From: Aliivibrio fischeri ES114
GTDB taxonomy: Bacteria; Pseudomonadota; Gammaproteobacteria; Enterobacterales; Vibrionaceae
Strand: one strand, 5' to 3'
DNA: 32,000 bases
Assembly (NCBI RefSeq): GCF_000011805.1
Contig: NC_006840.2
Position numbers and translations under genes: made by a program. This document shows positions 1 through 9,865 of this stretch, piece after piece. Positions within the stretch are counted from its first letter, which is position 1; every line of letters begins with the position of its first letter. The notes under the pieces are model-generated. The model worked only from the letters and a program-made list of their open reading frames with translations, made no database searches and was not told where the DNA came from.

Positions 1-1662
1 GAGCGCTCAGATACCAGTGGGGAAATTTATGCCCACTACACCCATGACGATATTTTTGATGTGCGCTCTCAATTTGAACATCAAGTAAGACACAGTTATA
101 TCGCTCTAGAAGATACCCTTTGCCACCTGCTTCCTACTCAACTTTTTCTTAATTTATATAATGAAAATCAAACCTTTTCTGACTACTTCAATAGCAGCCT
201 AGCGAAACGAAAAGCCTTACTCACTCAAGCTAATCAGCAACAGAACTTAGCCGAATTTATTCTCACAAAAGTCGATGATGAAACAACTCAACAATGCCTT
301 ATCGTAGATAGGAATACTCCCTTACAACAAGTCACTCAACTTCTGAAAGACAATAACATGGATGCGTTATTTGTTGAGTTAAACCAATATGATACTCGTC
401 ATCAAGAAACTCAGAACAATTTACCTTTTGGTATTGTCACTCGAACAGACTTACTACACGCCATCATGATTGATGGGTATGCGGCAAACCATCCTGTAGG
501 AGCGATTGCAACTTATCCTATTGTGCATATTCAACAACAATATTATTTGTTTAATGCCATGATGCTAATGACACGCCACCACATAAAAAGAGTTGCAGTA
601 CTAAATAAAAACAAACTGGTTGGCATGCTGGATATGACGCAAGTGCTAAGCCTATTTTCAACTCACTCACATGTTCTTACCTTAAGAATTGCTCGCGCCG
701 AACATATTGATGAGCTTGTCTTAGCAGCAAATACTCAAACTCAACTCGTAGAGACCTTAATCAATAACGGCATTCGAACGCGTTTCATTATGGAACTTAT
801 TTCAACGGTAAATGAGCAGATCATCGAAAAAGCATTTAGCCTAGTGGTACCCAAAAGCTTACATGATCATTGCTGCCTGATTGTGATGGGGTCAGAAGGT
901 CGAGGTGAGCAAATTTTAAAAACCGATCAAGATAATGCACTGATCATAAAAAATGGTCTTGAATGGCATAACTTACCCGAATTAATGAACCAATTTACGC
1001 ATACCTTACAGCAACTCGGTTATCCATTGTGCAAGGGAAATGTGATGGTCAGTAACCCTCTTTGGGTAAAAACAGAACATCAATGGGAGAAACATATTCA
1101 GAAACTGTGTGCCGAACCAAACACTGATAATATGATGAATCTCGCTATTTTCTCAGATGCTCAAGCTGTTGCAGGAAATCAAGCACTACTGTCTCCACTA
1201 AAGCAAATATTGATATCCAAACTCAAAGAGAATGAGATTGCTCTCAGTACTTTTTCTCGACCAGCCCTTCAATTTAATCTGCCATTAACATTTTTTGGAA
1301 ATATCAAAACAAAAAAAGAAGGGATTGATATTAAGCAAGGAGGCATATTCCCCATCGTTCATGGAATTCGAGCGCTATCTTTAGAGCAAGGTATTGAAGA
1401 AACAAACACGTTTAAACGTATCGATGCACTACGTAAACACAACGTATTAGAGCACTCTACAGCAGATAATTTAAATGAAGCACTAAAGTTGTTTTTTAAG
1501 TGGCGTTTGCGCCATCAACTACAAGAAAAAACTGGTATTCCAAGTAACCATATTCATATTGACCGCCTCGACCGTACTGAGCGAGACCTCTTACGCCACA
1601 GCTTACACATAGTAAAAAAGTTCAAAGAATGGCTTGGTTATCATTACCAAATAAGGGATTAA
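1..1662 (+). CDS. CBS-domain / DUF294-type putative nucleotidyltransferase, signal-transduction protein (5'-truncated by the window edge)
   Basis: Frame 1 is open from base 1, with no stop before the GTG at 61, so the N-terminus lies upstream of the window. It has two CBS-like segments (FGIVTRTDLLHAI; LVGMLDMTQVLSLF). It has a Pol-beta-type NTase motif, MGSEGRGEQILKTDQDNALII (G-S-x10-D-x-D). It has a DUF294_C-like tail (IDIKQGGIFPIVHGIRALSL). The family usually carries an N-terminal cNMP-binding domain, which would sit upstream. Confidence 0.8.
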   Translation, partial: ERSDTSGEIYAHYTHDDIFDVRSQFEHQVRHSYIALEDTLCHLLPTQLFLNLYNENQTFSDYFNSSLAKRKALLTQANQQQNLAEFILTKVDDETTQQCLIVDRNTPLQQVTQLLKDNNMDALFVELNQYDTRHQETQNNLPFGIVTRTDLLHAIMIDGYAANHPVGAIATYPIVHIQQQYYLFNAMMLMTRHHIKRVAVLNKNKLVGMLDMTQVLSLFSTHSHVLTLRIARAEHIDELVLAANTQTQLVETLINNGIRTRFIMELISTVNEQIIEKAFSLVVPKSLHDHCCLIVMGSEGRGEQILKTDQDNALIIKNGLEWHNLPELMNQFTHTLQQLGYPLCKGNVMVSNPLWVKTEHQWEKHIQKLCAEPNTDNMMNLAIFSDAQAVAGNQALLSPLKQILISKLKENEIALSTFSRPALQFNLPLTFFGNIKTKKEGIDIKQGGIFPIVHGIRALSLEQGIEETNTFKRIDALRKHNVLEHSTADNLNEALKLFFKWRLRHQLQEKTGIPSNHIHIDRLDRTERDLLRHSLHIVKKFKEWLGYHYQIRD

Positions 1663-1665
1663 ACG

Positions 1666-2307
1666 ATGAATTATTTACAACGATTATGGTGGCAATATAA
1701 GTTACGATCCCATAAAAACTTATCTCTTTTTCATCATTATTCTGGCGATGAGTTGGTGTCTATTGATTGTGAAACAACGAGTCTAAACCCCAACCATGCC
1801 GAATTGGTTTCTATTGCTGCTATCAAAATTAAAAATAATAGAGTGTTAACCAGTCAGACAATTCATTTAAAGCTGACGCCACCACAAAGCCTAAACTCCG
1901 ATTCAATCAAAATACACCAATTAAGGCATCAAGATCTCCATCATGGGCTATCCGAACAACAAGCGATGACTCAATTGCTTGAATTTATCGGTAATCGCCA
2001 TATTGTTGGATACCATATCCGCTATGACAAAAAGATTTTAGATCGAGCTTGCTTGCGTCATTTTTCTCATCCTTTACCCAATTCGCTGATTGAAGTTAGT
2101 CATATCTACCATAATAAATTGGAACGACTACTACCCAATGCGTATTACGATTTAAGTATTGAAGCTATCTCCAAACATTTGGGATTACCACAAGCTGACA
2201 GGCATGATGCACTTGAAGATGCGATAGCCGCTGCGCTTATTTATGTGCGTTTAACTCATGGTGACTTCCCTGACATTCCCTCAAGTAAAAACGCTCATAG
2301 TTACTGA
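1666..2307 (+). CDS. DnaQ/epsilon-like 3'-5' exonuclease (DEDDh family), stand-alone
   Basis: The ATG lies 3 nt after the upstream TAA, and an AAGGGA SD sits inside the upstream CDS. Exo I motif is VSIDCETTSL (D-x-E), Exo II is GYHIRYDKKILD, and Exo III is HDALEDA (H-x4-D). Confidence 0.8.
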   Translation: MNYLQRLWWQYKLRSHKNLSLFHHYSGDELVSIDCETTSLNPNHAELVSIAAIKIKNNRVLTSQTIHLKLTPPQSLNSDSIKIHQLRHQDLHHGLSEQQAMTQLLEFIGNRHIVGYHIRYDKKILDRACLRHFSHPLPNSLIEVSHIYHNKLERLLPNAYYDLSIEAISKHLGLPQADRHDALEDAIAAALIYVRLTHGDFPDIPSSKNAHSY

Positions 2308-2511
2308 TCTGTGTCTCAAAAAATGACTGATTTCCCCCTCAATATTCAGTAAACCCTTCTTTCTCTGACTAAAGTCTAATTGTTGAAAACACATTTCTAG
2401 CTGAAAGTAATATCAACCTTACAAATAAAAAAGCAGTACCAATGACGGTGCTGTACTGAAATCCAATAATAAATAAATCTGGATATTTGCTGTATTCACA
2501 AGGAGAACAAC

Positions 2512-4461
2512 ATGAGTGAGATTCACGTGTACCCGGTCAATCAAGATATCGCTAATAATGCACACGCTGATGATGATAAATATCGTGAAATGTACCAGCA
2601 ATCCGTTATCAACCCTGAAGGATTTTGGCGTGAGCATGGACAAATTGTTGATTGGATGACTCCTTACACCAAAGTTAAAAACACCTCTTTTGATACGGGT
2701 CATGTTGATATTAAGTGGTTTGAAGATGGTGAACTTAATGTATCGGCAAACTGTATTGATCGTCATTTAGCCACCCGAGGTAATGACGTTGCCATTATTT
2801 GGGAAGGCGATGACCCACAAGACGATGCCTCTATTACCTTTAATGAACTGCATGAGCAAGTTTGTAAATTCTCTAATACACTAAAAAGCCAAGGCGTTCG
2901 TAAAGGCGATGTGGTTTGTATTTATATGCCAATGGTGGCAGAAGCGGCTGTTGCGATGCTGGCTTGTACTCGCATCGGCGCTGTTCATACCGTGGTATTT
3001 GGTGGTTTCTCACCAGAAGCTCTCGCAGGTCGAATCATTGATTCGGATGCAAAAGTCGTGATTACTGCGGATGAAGGCGTTCGCGGCGGACGTACCGTTC
3101 CACTGAAAAAGAATGTTGATGATGCACTGAATAATCCAGACGTAACCACCATTGAAAAAGTCGTGGTATTTCAACGTACAGGTAATGACATTGAATGGTC
3201 TGAAGGACGTGATGTTTGGTGGCACGAAGCAACGGCTGTTGCCTCCCCACATTGTGAACCAGAAGCAATGAATGCCGAAGACCCTCTATTTATCCTTTAT
3301 ACCTCAGGCTCAACAGGAAAACCTAAAGGTGTACTTCATACCACTGGCGGCTACCTTGTCTATGCAGCCATAACCTTTAAATATATTTTCGATTATCAAG
3401 AAGGTGAAGTGTTCTGGTGTACTGCGGATGTTGGTTGGATCACAGGTCATACTTACTTAATTTATGGCCCTCTTGCTAATGGAGCTAAAACCATCTTGTT
3501 TGAAGGAGTACCGAATTACCCAAGCACGAGCCGCATGAGTGAAGTGGTAGATAAACATAATGTTAATATTCTATACACAGCACCAACAGCCATCAGAGCA
3601 CTTATGGCTCAAGGCACTGAAGCGGTTCAAGGTACATCGCGCAGCTCACTACGAGTCATGGGCTCGGTAGGTGAACCAATCAACCCTGAAGCATGGGAAT
3701 GGTATTACAACACAATTGGTGATGCCCGTTGCCCTATTGTTGATACATGGTGGCAAACAGAAACGGGAGGCATTTTAATTTCCCCTCTTCCTGGTGCAAC
3801 AGCATTAAAACCAGGATCAGCGACTCGTCCATTCTTTGGTGTTCAACCCGCTTTAGTGGATAATATGGGTAATATTATTGAAGGAGCTACTGACGGGAAC
3901 CTTGTCATTACCGACTCTTGGCCGGGACAAATGCGAACCATTTATGGTGACCATGACCGCTTTGAACAAACTTACTTTTCTACCTTTAAAGGCATGTATT
4001 TTACCAGTGACGGCGCTCGACGAGATGAAGATGGTTATTACTGGATCACTGGACGTGTTGATGACGTATTAAACGTATCAGGCCACCGCATGGGAACAGC
4101 CGAAGTTGAATCTGCATTAGTGGCGTTTGATAAAATTGCTGAAGCTGCAATTGTTGGCGTACCACATGATATTAAAGGCCAAGCGATTTATGCCTATATC
4201 ACCCTAAATTCAGGCGAAATTCCAAGCGCAGAGCTACATAAAGAAGTCAAAGACTGGGTTAGAAAAGAAATTGGACCGATTGCTACTCCTGACTTTTTAC
4301 ATTGGACTGATTCATTACCTAAAACCCGTTCAGGCAAAATTATGCGTCGAATCCTTCGTAAAATAGCGACAGGAGATACCTCTAATCTAGGAGATACCTC
4401 GACACTAGCTGATCCAAGTGTGGTTGATAAGCTGATCGAAGAACAAAGAAAGATAGCTTAA
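2512..4461 (+). CDS. acs: acetyl-CoA synthetase (AMP-forming)
   Basis: The 649 aa product has the AMP-binding signature [11 protein letters not shown]. The C-terminal [13 protein letters not shown] carries the conserved regulatory Lys. An AGGAG SD lies 6 nt upstream of the ATG. Full-length similarity to E. coli Acs, from memory. Confidence 0.97.
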   Translation: MSEIHVYPVNQDIANNAHADDDKYREMYQQSVINPEGFWREHGQIVDWMTPYTKVKNTSFDTGHVDIKWFEDGELNVSANCIDRHLATRGNDVAIIWEGDDPQDDASITFNELHEQVCKFSNTLKSQGVRKGDVVCIYMPMVAEAAVAMLACTRIGAVHTVVFGGFSPEALAGRIIDSDAKVVITADEGVRGGRTVPLKKNVDDALNNPDVTTIEKVVVFQRTGNDIEWSEGRDVWWHEATAVASPHCEPEAMNAEDPLFILYTSGSTGKPKGVLHTTGGYLVYAAITFKYIFDYQEGEVFWCTADVGWITGHTYLIYGPLANGAKTILFEGVPNYPSTSRMSEVVDKHNVNILYTAPTAIRALMAQGTEAVQGTSRSSLRVMGSVGEPINPEAWEWYYNTIGDARCPIVDTWWQTETGGILISPLPGATALKPGSATRPFFGVQPALVDNMGNIIEGATDGNLVITDSWPGQMRTIYGDHDRFEQTYFSTFKGMYFTSDGARRDEDGYYWITGRVDDVLNVSGHRMGTAEVESALVAFDKIAEAAIVGVPHDIKGQAIYAYITLNSGEIPSAELHKEVKDWVRKEIGPIATPDFLHWTDSLPKTRSGKIMRRILRKIATGDTSNLGDTSTLADPSVVDKLIEEQRKIA

Positions 4462-4510
4462 CCAAATATAAGCGTTCTAAAACATAACATTAACGCGTAA
4501 ATTTTAATTA

Positions 4511-4545
4511 AAAGTCATCATAGATTTTCTGTGATGACTTTTTTG
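4511..4545 (+). terminator. rho-independent terminator of acs
   Basis: Stem AAAGTCATCA / TGATGACTTT with an 11-nt loop, followed by a T-run, 50 nt after the acs stop. Confidence 0.8.
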
Positions 4546-4916
4546 ATGTGACGTTTAGCTCAAATTTACAGATATCTTATTTCTTTCCTTATTCCTTGCT
4601 AATAAACAAAATCAAAAACAGTATAATTACTCAACAAGTTAGAAAGTATTTGTTAACTAACAGATAATACTGCAGAACTTTGTTACTTTCTTTGGCTCTA
4701 ATTATCACTTTTGAGTCAAAATGTGTTCTATTCTCTATACTCGATATGAAACTTAGAGCTGATAAGACCAGTATTTTGCTGCGATTTGCTGTGAATTGTC
4801 TATAATTGCTTTTTATGTGGTATTGCAAAGTGAAAAATTGCAATAAACCAACAAATCGAATATAAAAGATGTGCTTTTTTTACTTTAACCGTAAAAACAA
4901 GGAATTTAGCATCACG

Positions 4917-5366
4917 ATGTCTACTCAATCGCGAATTTTAGTTCTCAATGGACCAAACCTTAATCTATTAGGTTTGCGTGAACCTGCCCATTATGGCAGC
5001 CAAAACTTAGAGCAAATTGTTAATGCTTTGACTATTCAAGCCGATGCTTTGGATATAAAACTCGAACATTTACAATCTAATCGTGAATATGAGTTGATTG
5101 AAGCTATCCATAATGCTTATCAACGTATTGATTTCATTATCATAAACCCTGCGGCTTTTACGCATACGAGTGTTGCCTTACGCGATGCTCTACTTGGGGT
5201 TAATATTCCTTTTATTGAAGTACATTTATCGAATGTCCACGCTCGTGAACCCTTTCGCCACCACTCTTATCTTTCCGATAAAGCCGTTGGTGTCATTTGT
5301 GGTTTAGGGGCCGATGGTTACGAATTTGCTTTGAATGCAGCAGCAAAACGTCTGCGTTCAAATTGA
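4917..5366 (+). CDS. aroQ: 3-dehydroquinate dehydratase, type II
   Basis: [27 protein letters not shown] is the typical type II DHQase N-terminus. I chose the internal ATG at 4917 (149 aa) over the ORF-track ATG at 4869, because the 16-aa extension has no family counterpart. Confidence 0.9.
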   Translation: MSTQSRILVLNGPNLNLLGLREPAHYGSQNLEQIVNALTIQADALDIKLEHLQSNREYELIEAIHNAYQRIDFIIINPAAFTHTSVALRDALLGVNIPFIEVHLSNVHAREPFRHHSYLSDKAVGVICGLGADGYEFALNAAAKRLRSN

Positions 5367-5396
5367 TCACTGAATATAAACAGAAGAGATTACAAA

Positions 5397-5855
5397 ATGG
5401 ATATCCGCAAAATTAAAAAACTGATTGAACTAGTTGAAGAGTCTGGCATTGCAGAACTTGAAATCGCGGAAGGTGAAGAATCAGTACGCATCAGCCGTGC
5501 TATCGCACCAATTGCTCAAGTAGCTCCTGTTCAAGCAGTTGCGGCTCCTGCTGCACCAGTAGCAGCGGCAGCTCCAGTTGCATCAGCACCTGCAGCAGTT
5601 GAAGCTCCAGCAGAAATTGCTGGCCATAAAGTTTGTTCTCCAATGGTTGGTACTTTCTACGGTGCACCAAGCCCTGATGCAAAACCATTTATTAAAGTTG
5701 GCCAACAAGTAACTGCTGGCGATACACTATGTATCGTTGAAGCAATGAAAATGATGAACCAAATCGAAGCAGACAAATCAGGCGTTGTAACTGCAATTCT
5801 TCTTGAAGATGGTCAACCGGTTGAGTTCGACCAACCTCTTGTTATCATCGAATAA
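5397..5855 (+). CDS. accB: biotin carboxyl carrier protein of acetyl-CoA carboxylase
   Basis: The N-terminus [18 protein letters not shown] matches E. coli AccB. It has an Ala/Pro-rich linker and the biotinylation motif EAMKMMN. Confidence 0.97.
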   Translation: MDIRKIKKLIELVEESGIAELEIAEGEESVRISRAIAPIAQVAPVQAVAAPAAPVAAAAPVASAPAAVEAPAEIAGHKVCSPMVGTFYGAPSPDAKPFIKVGQQVTAGDTLCIVEAMKMMNQIEADKSGVVTAILLEDGQPVEFDQPLVIIE

Positions 5856-5866
5856 TAGAGGCTGTT

Positions 5867-7210
5867 ATGTTAGATAAATTAGTTATCGCAAACCGTGGTG
5901 AAATTGCACTACGTATTTTGCGAGCATGTAAAGAGCTTGGCATCAAAACGGTTGCTGTGCACTCTACTGCTGACCGTGATTTAAAACACGTACTGCTTGC
6001 AGATGAAACGATTTGTATCGGTCCTGCACGTGGTATCGACAGCTACCTAAACATCCCTCGTATCATCAGTGCTGCTGAAGTTACAGGTGCGGTTGCGGTT
6101 CACCCAGGTTACGGTTTCTTATCTGAAAATGCTGACTTCGCAGAGCAAGTTGAGCGTTCTGGCTTTATCTTTGTTGGTCCAAAAGCAGAAACTATCCGCA
6201 TGATGGGCGACAAAGTATCAGCAATCACTGCAATGAAAAAAGCAGGCGTACCTTGTGTACCTGGTTCTGATGGTCCACTAGATAACGATGAAGCGAAAAA
6301 CAAAGCACACGCAAAACGCATTGGTTACCCAGTAATCATTAAAGCGTCTGGCGGCGGCGGTGGTCGTGGTATGCGTGTTGTTCGCGCAGAAAAAGACCTT
6401 GTTGAAGCAATTGCAATGACTCGTGCAGAAGCAAAAGCATGTTTCAATAACGAAATGGTTTACATGGAAAAATTCCTTGAAAACCCTCGTCACATTGAAG
6501 TTCAAGTTCTTGCTGATGGCCAAGGTAACGCAATTCACTTAGGTGAACGTGACTGTTCTATGCAACGTCGCCACCAAAAAGTAGTTGAAGAAGCGCCAGC
6601 TCCAGGTATTACTGAAGAGATGCGTAAATACATCGGTGAACGTTGTACTCGTGCATGTCTTGAAATTGGTTACCGTGGTGCAGGTACATTTGAATTCCTA
6701 TATGAAAACGGCGAATTCTACTTCATCGAAATGAATACACGTATTCAGGTTGAGCACACTATTACCGAAATGGTAACAGGTATCGACCTAGTGAAAGAGC
6801 AACTACGTATTGCTGCGGGTCAACCGCTATCTTACACACAAGATGATATCAAACTGCGTGGTCACTCAATTGAGTGTCGTATCAATGCTGAAGATCCAGT
6901 TCGTTTCCTACCTTCACCAGGTAAGATTGAACGCTTCCATGCTCCAGGTGGTATGGGTGTACGTTGGGAATCTCACATCTACACAGGCTACACAGTTCCA
7001 CCTCATTACGATTCAATGATCGGTAAGCTAATTACTTACGGTGAAAACCGTGACGTTGCTATCGCTCGTATGAAAAACGCATTAGGTGAAATGATTGTTG
7101 AAGGTATTCACGTGAATACACCACTTCAATTAGCAATCATGAATGATGAAAACTTCCAACATGGTGGTGCAAATATTCACTATCTTGAGAAGAAACTAGG
7201 CCTACAATAA
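5867..7210 (+). CDS. accC: biotin carboxylase subunit of acetyl-CoA carboxylase
   Basis: The 447 aa product starts [33 protein letters not shown]. It has an ATP-grasp glycine loop ([11 protein letters not shown]). The start is 11 nt after accB. Confidence 0.97.
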   Translation: MLDKLVIANRGEIALRILRACKELGIKTVAVHSTADRDLKHVLLADETICIGPARGIDSYLNIPRIISAAEVTGAVAVHPGYGFLSENADFAEQVERSGFIFVGPKAETIRMMGDKVSAITAMKKAGVPCVPGSDGPLDNDEAKNKAHAKRIGYPVIIKASGGGGGRGMRVVRAEKDLVEAIAMTRAEAKACFNNEMVYMEKFLENPRHIEVQVLADGQGNAIHLGERDCSMQRRHQKVVEEAPAPGITEEMRKYIGERCTRACLEIGYRGAGTFEFLYENGEFYFIEMNTRIQVEHTITEMVTGIDLVKEQLRIAAGQPLSYTQDDIKLRGHSIECRINAEDPVRFLPSPGKIERFHAPGGMGVRWESHIYTGYTVPPHYDSMIGKLITYGENRDVAIARMKNALGEMIVEGIHVNTPLQLAIMNDENFQHGGANIHYLEKKLGLQ

Positions 7211-7245
7211 GCCTTTTCTAATCATTCAATAAATAAGAACGAATT

Positions 7246-7281
7246 AAAGACGGTGAGTATGATTACTCACCGTCTTTTTTT
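7246..7281 (+). terminator. rho-independent terminator of aroQ-accBC
   Basis: Perfect 14-bp stem AAAGACGGTGAGTA / TACTCACCGTCTTT with a 4-nt loop, then a T-run. Confidence 0.9.
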
Positions 7282-7326
7282 GTGTTAAAATCGCCCACAT
7301 TTTCGACTAAAACAAAAGTGATCCCC

Positions 7327-8211
7327 ATGCCTTGGATTCAAGTAAAACTAAATGCAACCTCTGAAAACGCTGAACAGATCGGTGATATGTTAATGGAAGA
7401 GACTGGCGCTCTATCTATTACTTTTTTAGACGCTAAAGATACGCCTGTATTTGAACCTCTTCCGGGTGAAACTCGCCTGTGGGGTGAAACGGATATTCTT
7501 GCTCTTTATGATGCAGAAGCGGACATGGATTTTGTTATTACTCAATTAAAAGCAAGCCGTCTTCTTGAGGAAGGTTTTGCACATAAAATTGAACAACTTG
7601 AAGATAAAGATTGGGAACGTGAGTGGATGGATAACTTCCACCCGATGCAGTTTGGTAAACGTCTATGGATTTGCCCAAGCTGGCGTGAAATTCCAGAGCC
7701 CGATGCTGTAAATGTAATGCTAGACCCAGGCCTTGCTTTTGGTACTGGTACACACCCAACAACGTCTCTTTGTCTTGAATGGCTAGAAGGATTAGATCTT
7801 GAAGGCAAAACCGTTGTCGATTTTGGTTGTGGTTCTGGCATTTTAGCGATCGCAGCGATCAAATTAGGTGCAGCTAAAGTTATCGGGATCGACATTGATC
7901 CTCAAGCAATCTTAGCATCAAAAGACAACGCAACTCGTAACGGCGTTGCAGATCAAATTGAACTATACCTTCCTCAAGACCAACCAGAAGGTCTCATCGC
8001 TGACGTAGTTGTTGCAAACATTCTTGCAGGCCCACTACGCGAGCTTTCAGGCATCATTACCTCTCTAGTTAAGCCGCAAGGTCAACTAGCTATGTCAGGC
8101 GTATTAGACACGCAGGCAGAAGATGTAGCGTCATACTATGCTGAACAATTCGACTTAGATGCGATTGTTGAGCAACAAGAATGGTGCCGAATCTCAGGTA
8201 AAAAGAAATAA
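7327..8211 (+). CDS. prmA: ribosomal protein L11 methyltransferase
   Basis: [22 protein letters not shown] aligns with the E. coli PrmA N-terminus (MPWIQLKLN...). The SAM-binding motif is [15 protein letters not shown]. The ORF-track GTG at 7282 abuts the upstream terminator, so I rejected it. Confidence 0.93.
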   Translation: MPWIQVKLNATSENAEQIGDMLMEETGALSITFLDAKDTPVFEPLPGETRLWGETDILALYDAEADMDFVITQLKASRLLEEGFAHKIEQLEDKDWEREWMDNFHPMQFGKRLWICPSWREIPEPDAVNVMLDPGLAFGTGTHPTTSLCLEWLEGLDLEGKTVVDFGCGSGILAIAAIKLGAAKVIGIDIDPQAILASKDNATRNGVADQIELYLPQDQPEGLIADVVVANILAGPLRELSGIITSLVKPQGQLAMSGVLDTQAEDVASYYAEQFDLDAIVEQQEWCRISGKKK

Positions 8212-8332
8212 GCACTGCGCTTTTTTGATAAAACTTCAATGCCACAATACTAAATTTGAGGCATGAAACCGCCTAATTGACTGAATTATAGACAATTTAC
8301 AAAAAGAAAATGTAAATGCTCAAAATTTGCTC

Positions 8333-8369
8333 TTTTCAGGCGGGGAAAAAATGCGTAAAATGCGCGCCC
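8333..8369 (+). promoter_or_regulatory. candidate dusB-fis promoter with GC-rich discriminator
   Basis: TTTTCA (8333-8338), a 17-nt spacer, then TAAAAT (8356-8361), followed directly by GCGCGCCC. This architecture resembles the stringently controlled E. coli fis promoter. No experimental support. Confidence 0.45.
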
Positions 8370-8396
8370 TTGCTGACACAAACGTGTGTGGATGTT

Positions 8397-9365
8397 TTGC
8401 AGATAGGTCAATATACATTAAAAAATAATCTTATCGTTGCACCAATGGCTGGTGTTACTGATAGGCCCTTTCGTGAGTTGTGTATGCGTTATGGCGCAGG
8501 CATGGCTGTGAGCGAAATGATGTCTTCTAATCCGAAACTGTGGAAAACATCTAAGTCCCAAAACCGCATGGTACATGAAGGTGAATCTGGTATTCGCTCG
8601 GTACAAATTGCAGGGGCTGATCCAAAGTTAATGGCGGAAGCAGCGCAACACTGTGTTGAAACCGGTGCGCAAATCATCGATATCAACATGGGATGCCCTG
8701 CAAAAAAAGTGAATAAGAAGCTAGCAGGCTCAGCACTATTACAGCGCCCAGATCTTATTGAAGAGATCTTACTGGCTGTAGTTAATGCTGTTGATGTTCC
8801 TGTCACTCTGAAAACTCGCACAGGCTGGGATCCAGACAATAGAAATTGTGTTCAGGTTGCAAAAATGGCTGAACAATGTGGCATCCAAGCTTTAGCGCTT
8901 CATGGGCGTACCAGAGCTTGTATGTACAAAGGTGAAGCTGAGTACGACAACATTAAAGCGGTAAAAGAAGCGATTTCTATTCCGGTTATAGCGAACGGTG
9001 ATATCGACTCGCCGGAGAAGGCTCGTTTTGTGCTTGATTACACAGGCGCAGACGCTTTGATGATCGGCCGTCCTGCACAAGGTAGGCCATGGATTTTTAA
9101 AGAAATCCAACATTACTTAGAAACGGGCGAACTCATGCCACCTCTTCCAATTGAAGAAGTGAAGGCCACTTTACTTGGCCATGTTCATGCGCTTCACCAA
9201 TTTTATGGTGAGTTTTTAGGTCCTCGCATTGCACGTAAGCATGTGGGTTGGTACCTAAAAGAGCATGAGCAAGCAAATGATTTCCGCCGCAGCTTTAACG
9301 CGATAGAGGATGCTTCATTGCAACTCTCTCAACTTGAAAGCTATTTCGACCACGTTGCATCATAA
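8397..9365 (+). CDS. dusB: tRNA-dihydrouridine synthase B
   Basis: Homology to E. coli DusB (MRIGQYQLRNRLIAAPMAG...) begins at [19 protein letters not shown]. The catalytic region is [11 protein letters not shown]. The start is most likely TTG 8397 (322 aa) or GTG 8388. The ATG at 8316 would place the candidate promoter inside the gene. Confidence 0.88.
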   Translation: MQIGQYTLKNNLIVAPMAGVTDRPFRELCMRYGAGMAVSEMMSSNPKLWKTSKSQNRMVHEGESGIRSVQIAGADPKLMAEAAQHCVETGAQIIDINMGCPAKKVNKKLAGSALLQRPDLIEEILLAVVNAVDVPVTLKTRTGWDPDNRNCVQVAKMAEQCGIQALALHGRTRACMYKGEAEYDNIKAVKEAISIPVIANGDIDSPEKARFVLDYTGADALMIGRPAQGRPWIFKEIQHYLETGELMPPLPIEEVKATLLGHVHALHQFYGEFLGPRIARKHVGWYLKEHEQANDFRRSFNAIEDASLQLSQLESYFDHVAS

Positions 9366-9387
9366 TAAAAGAAGAGCTAAACAGAAT

Positions 9388-9684
9388 ATGTTCGATCAAT
9401 CTATGACTTCAGAAGCATTAACAGTTACAACAGTTACAGCACAAGACCAAATTACTCAGAAACCACTACGTGACTCTGTTAAGGCTTCGCTGAAAAACTA
9501 CTTAGGCCAACTAAACGGTCAAGAAGTTAACGACTTATATGAATTAGTATTAGCTGAAGTAGAGCAACCTCTACTAGACATGATCATGCAGCATACTCGC
9601 GGCAACCAAACAAAAGCAGCAAACATGATGGGTATCAACCGTGGTACTCTTCGTAAGAAACTTAAAAAATACGGCATGAACTAA
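9388..9684 (+). CDS. fis: DNA-binding protein Fis
   Basis: The 98 aa product starts [31 protein letters not shown]. The C-terminal HTH is [27 protein letters not shown], nearly identical to E. coli Fis. I used the internal ATG of the ORF-track entry. Confidence 0.97.
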   Translation: MFDQSMTSEALTVTTVTAQDQITQKPLRDSVKASLKNYLGQLNGQEVNDLYELVLAEVEQPLLDMIMQHTRGNQTKAANMMGINRGTLRKKLKKYGMN

Positions 9685-9707
9685 TCCACGCCTTATTTGA
9701 AAAATTT

Positions 9708-9740
9708 AAAGCAGTGTTAAGCAATTAACGCTGCTTTTTT
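9708..9740 (+). terminator. rho-independent terminator of dusB-fis
   Basis: Stem AAAGCAGTGTTAA / TTAACGCTGCTTT (one G-U pair), followed by TTTTTT. Confidence 0.85.
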
Positions 9741-9815
9741 ATATCTGCCAAATAAATAATACCAATCGTAGTAAATAACTGATCACTTACTTACAGTGAT
9801 TGATATAACAGATAT

Positions 9816-9853
9816 AAAAAAACCGATACGCATTGCTGCTGTATCGGTTTTTC
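9816..9853 (-). terminator. terminator of the 102-aa orphan gene (bidirectional shape)
   Basis: Stem AAAAACCGATAC / GTATCGGTTTTT with A/T runs on both sides, 13 nt downstream of the minus-strand stop at 9866. Confidence 0.8.
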
Positions 9854-9865
9854 TTGTTTACTCTA

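Noticed and set aside
2427-2458. Hairpin followed by T6 on the minus strand upstream of acs (possible antisense or sRNA terminator)
   Set aside because: The minus-strand stem is only 6 bp (CAGTAC/GTACTG) with a 13-nt loop. No minus-strand gene or promoter feeds into it. It is too weak to call without transcript data.
2419-2766. 115-aa minus-strand ORF overlapping the acs start region
   Set aside because: It is antisense to a highly conserved CDS. The product is low-complexity and hydrophobic/Ile-Leu-rich, typical of the reverse frame of an A+T-rich gene. It has no SD and no family resemblance.
4631-4843. 70-aa minus-strand ORF in the acs-aroQ spacer
   Set aside because: It starts with TTG, has no SD, and its composition reflects A+T-rich non-coding DNA. 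I recognise no domain features.
4869-4916. Upstream in-frame starts in the ORF track that would lengthen known genes: aroQ 4869, prmA 7282, dusB 8316, fis 9310, CNNM 15414, yjaG 17208, dehydrogenase 17223, TerB-like 18749, nudC 20959
   Set aside because: In each case the extension has no counterpart in the well-known orthologue. It also runs through a terminator or promoter region, or a better-placed SD precedes the internal start.
5500-5688. 62-aa minus-strand ORF inside accB
   Set aside because: It is the reverse frame of the Ala/Pro-rich AccB linker, a compositional artefact.
7542-7895. 117-aa and 74-aa minus-strand ORFs inside prmA
   Set aside because: They are antisense to a conserved CDS, with no SD and no recognisable motifs.
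9735-9822. 13-bp perfect inverted repeat TTTTTTATATCTG / CAGATATAAAAAA flanking 61 bp (MITE-like appearance)
   Set aside because: The arms are mostly the T- and A-runs of the two adjacent terminators. The non-homopolymer part is only about 8 bp, which chance explains in A+T-rich DNA. There are no target-site duplications.
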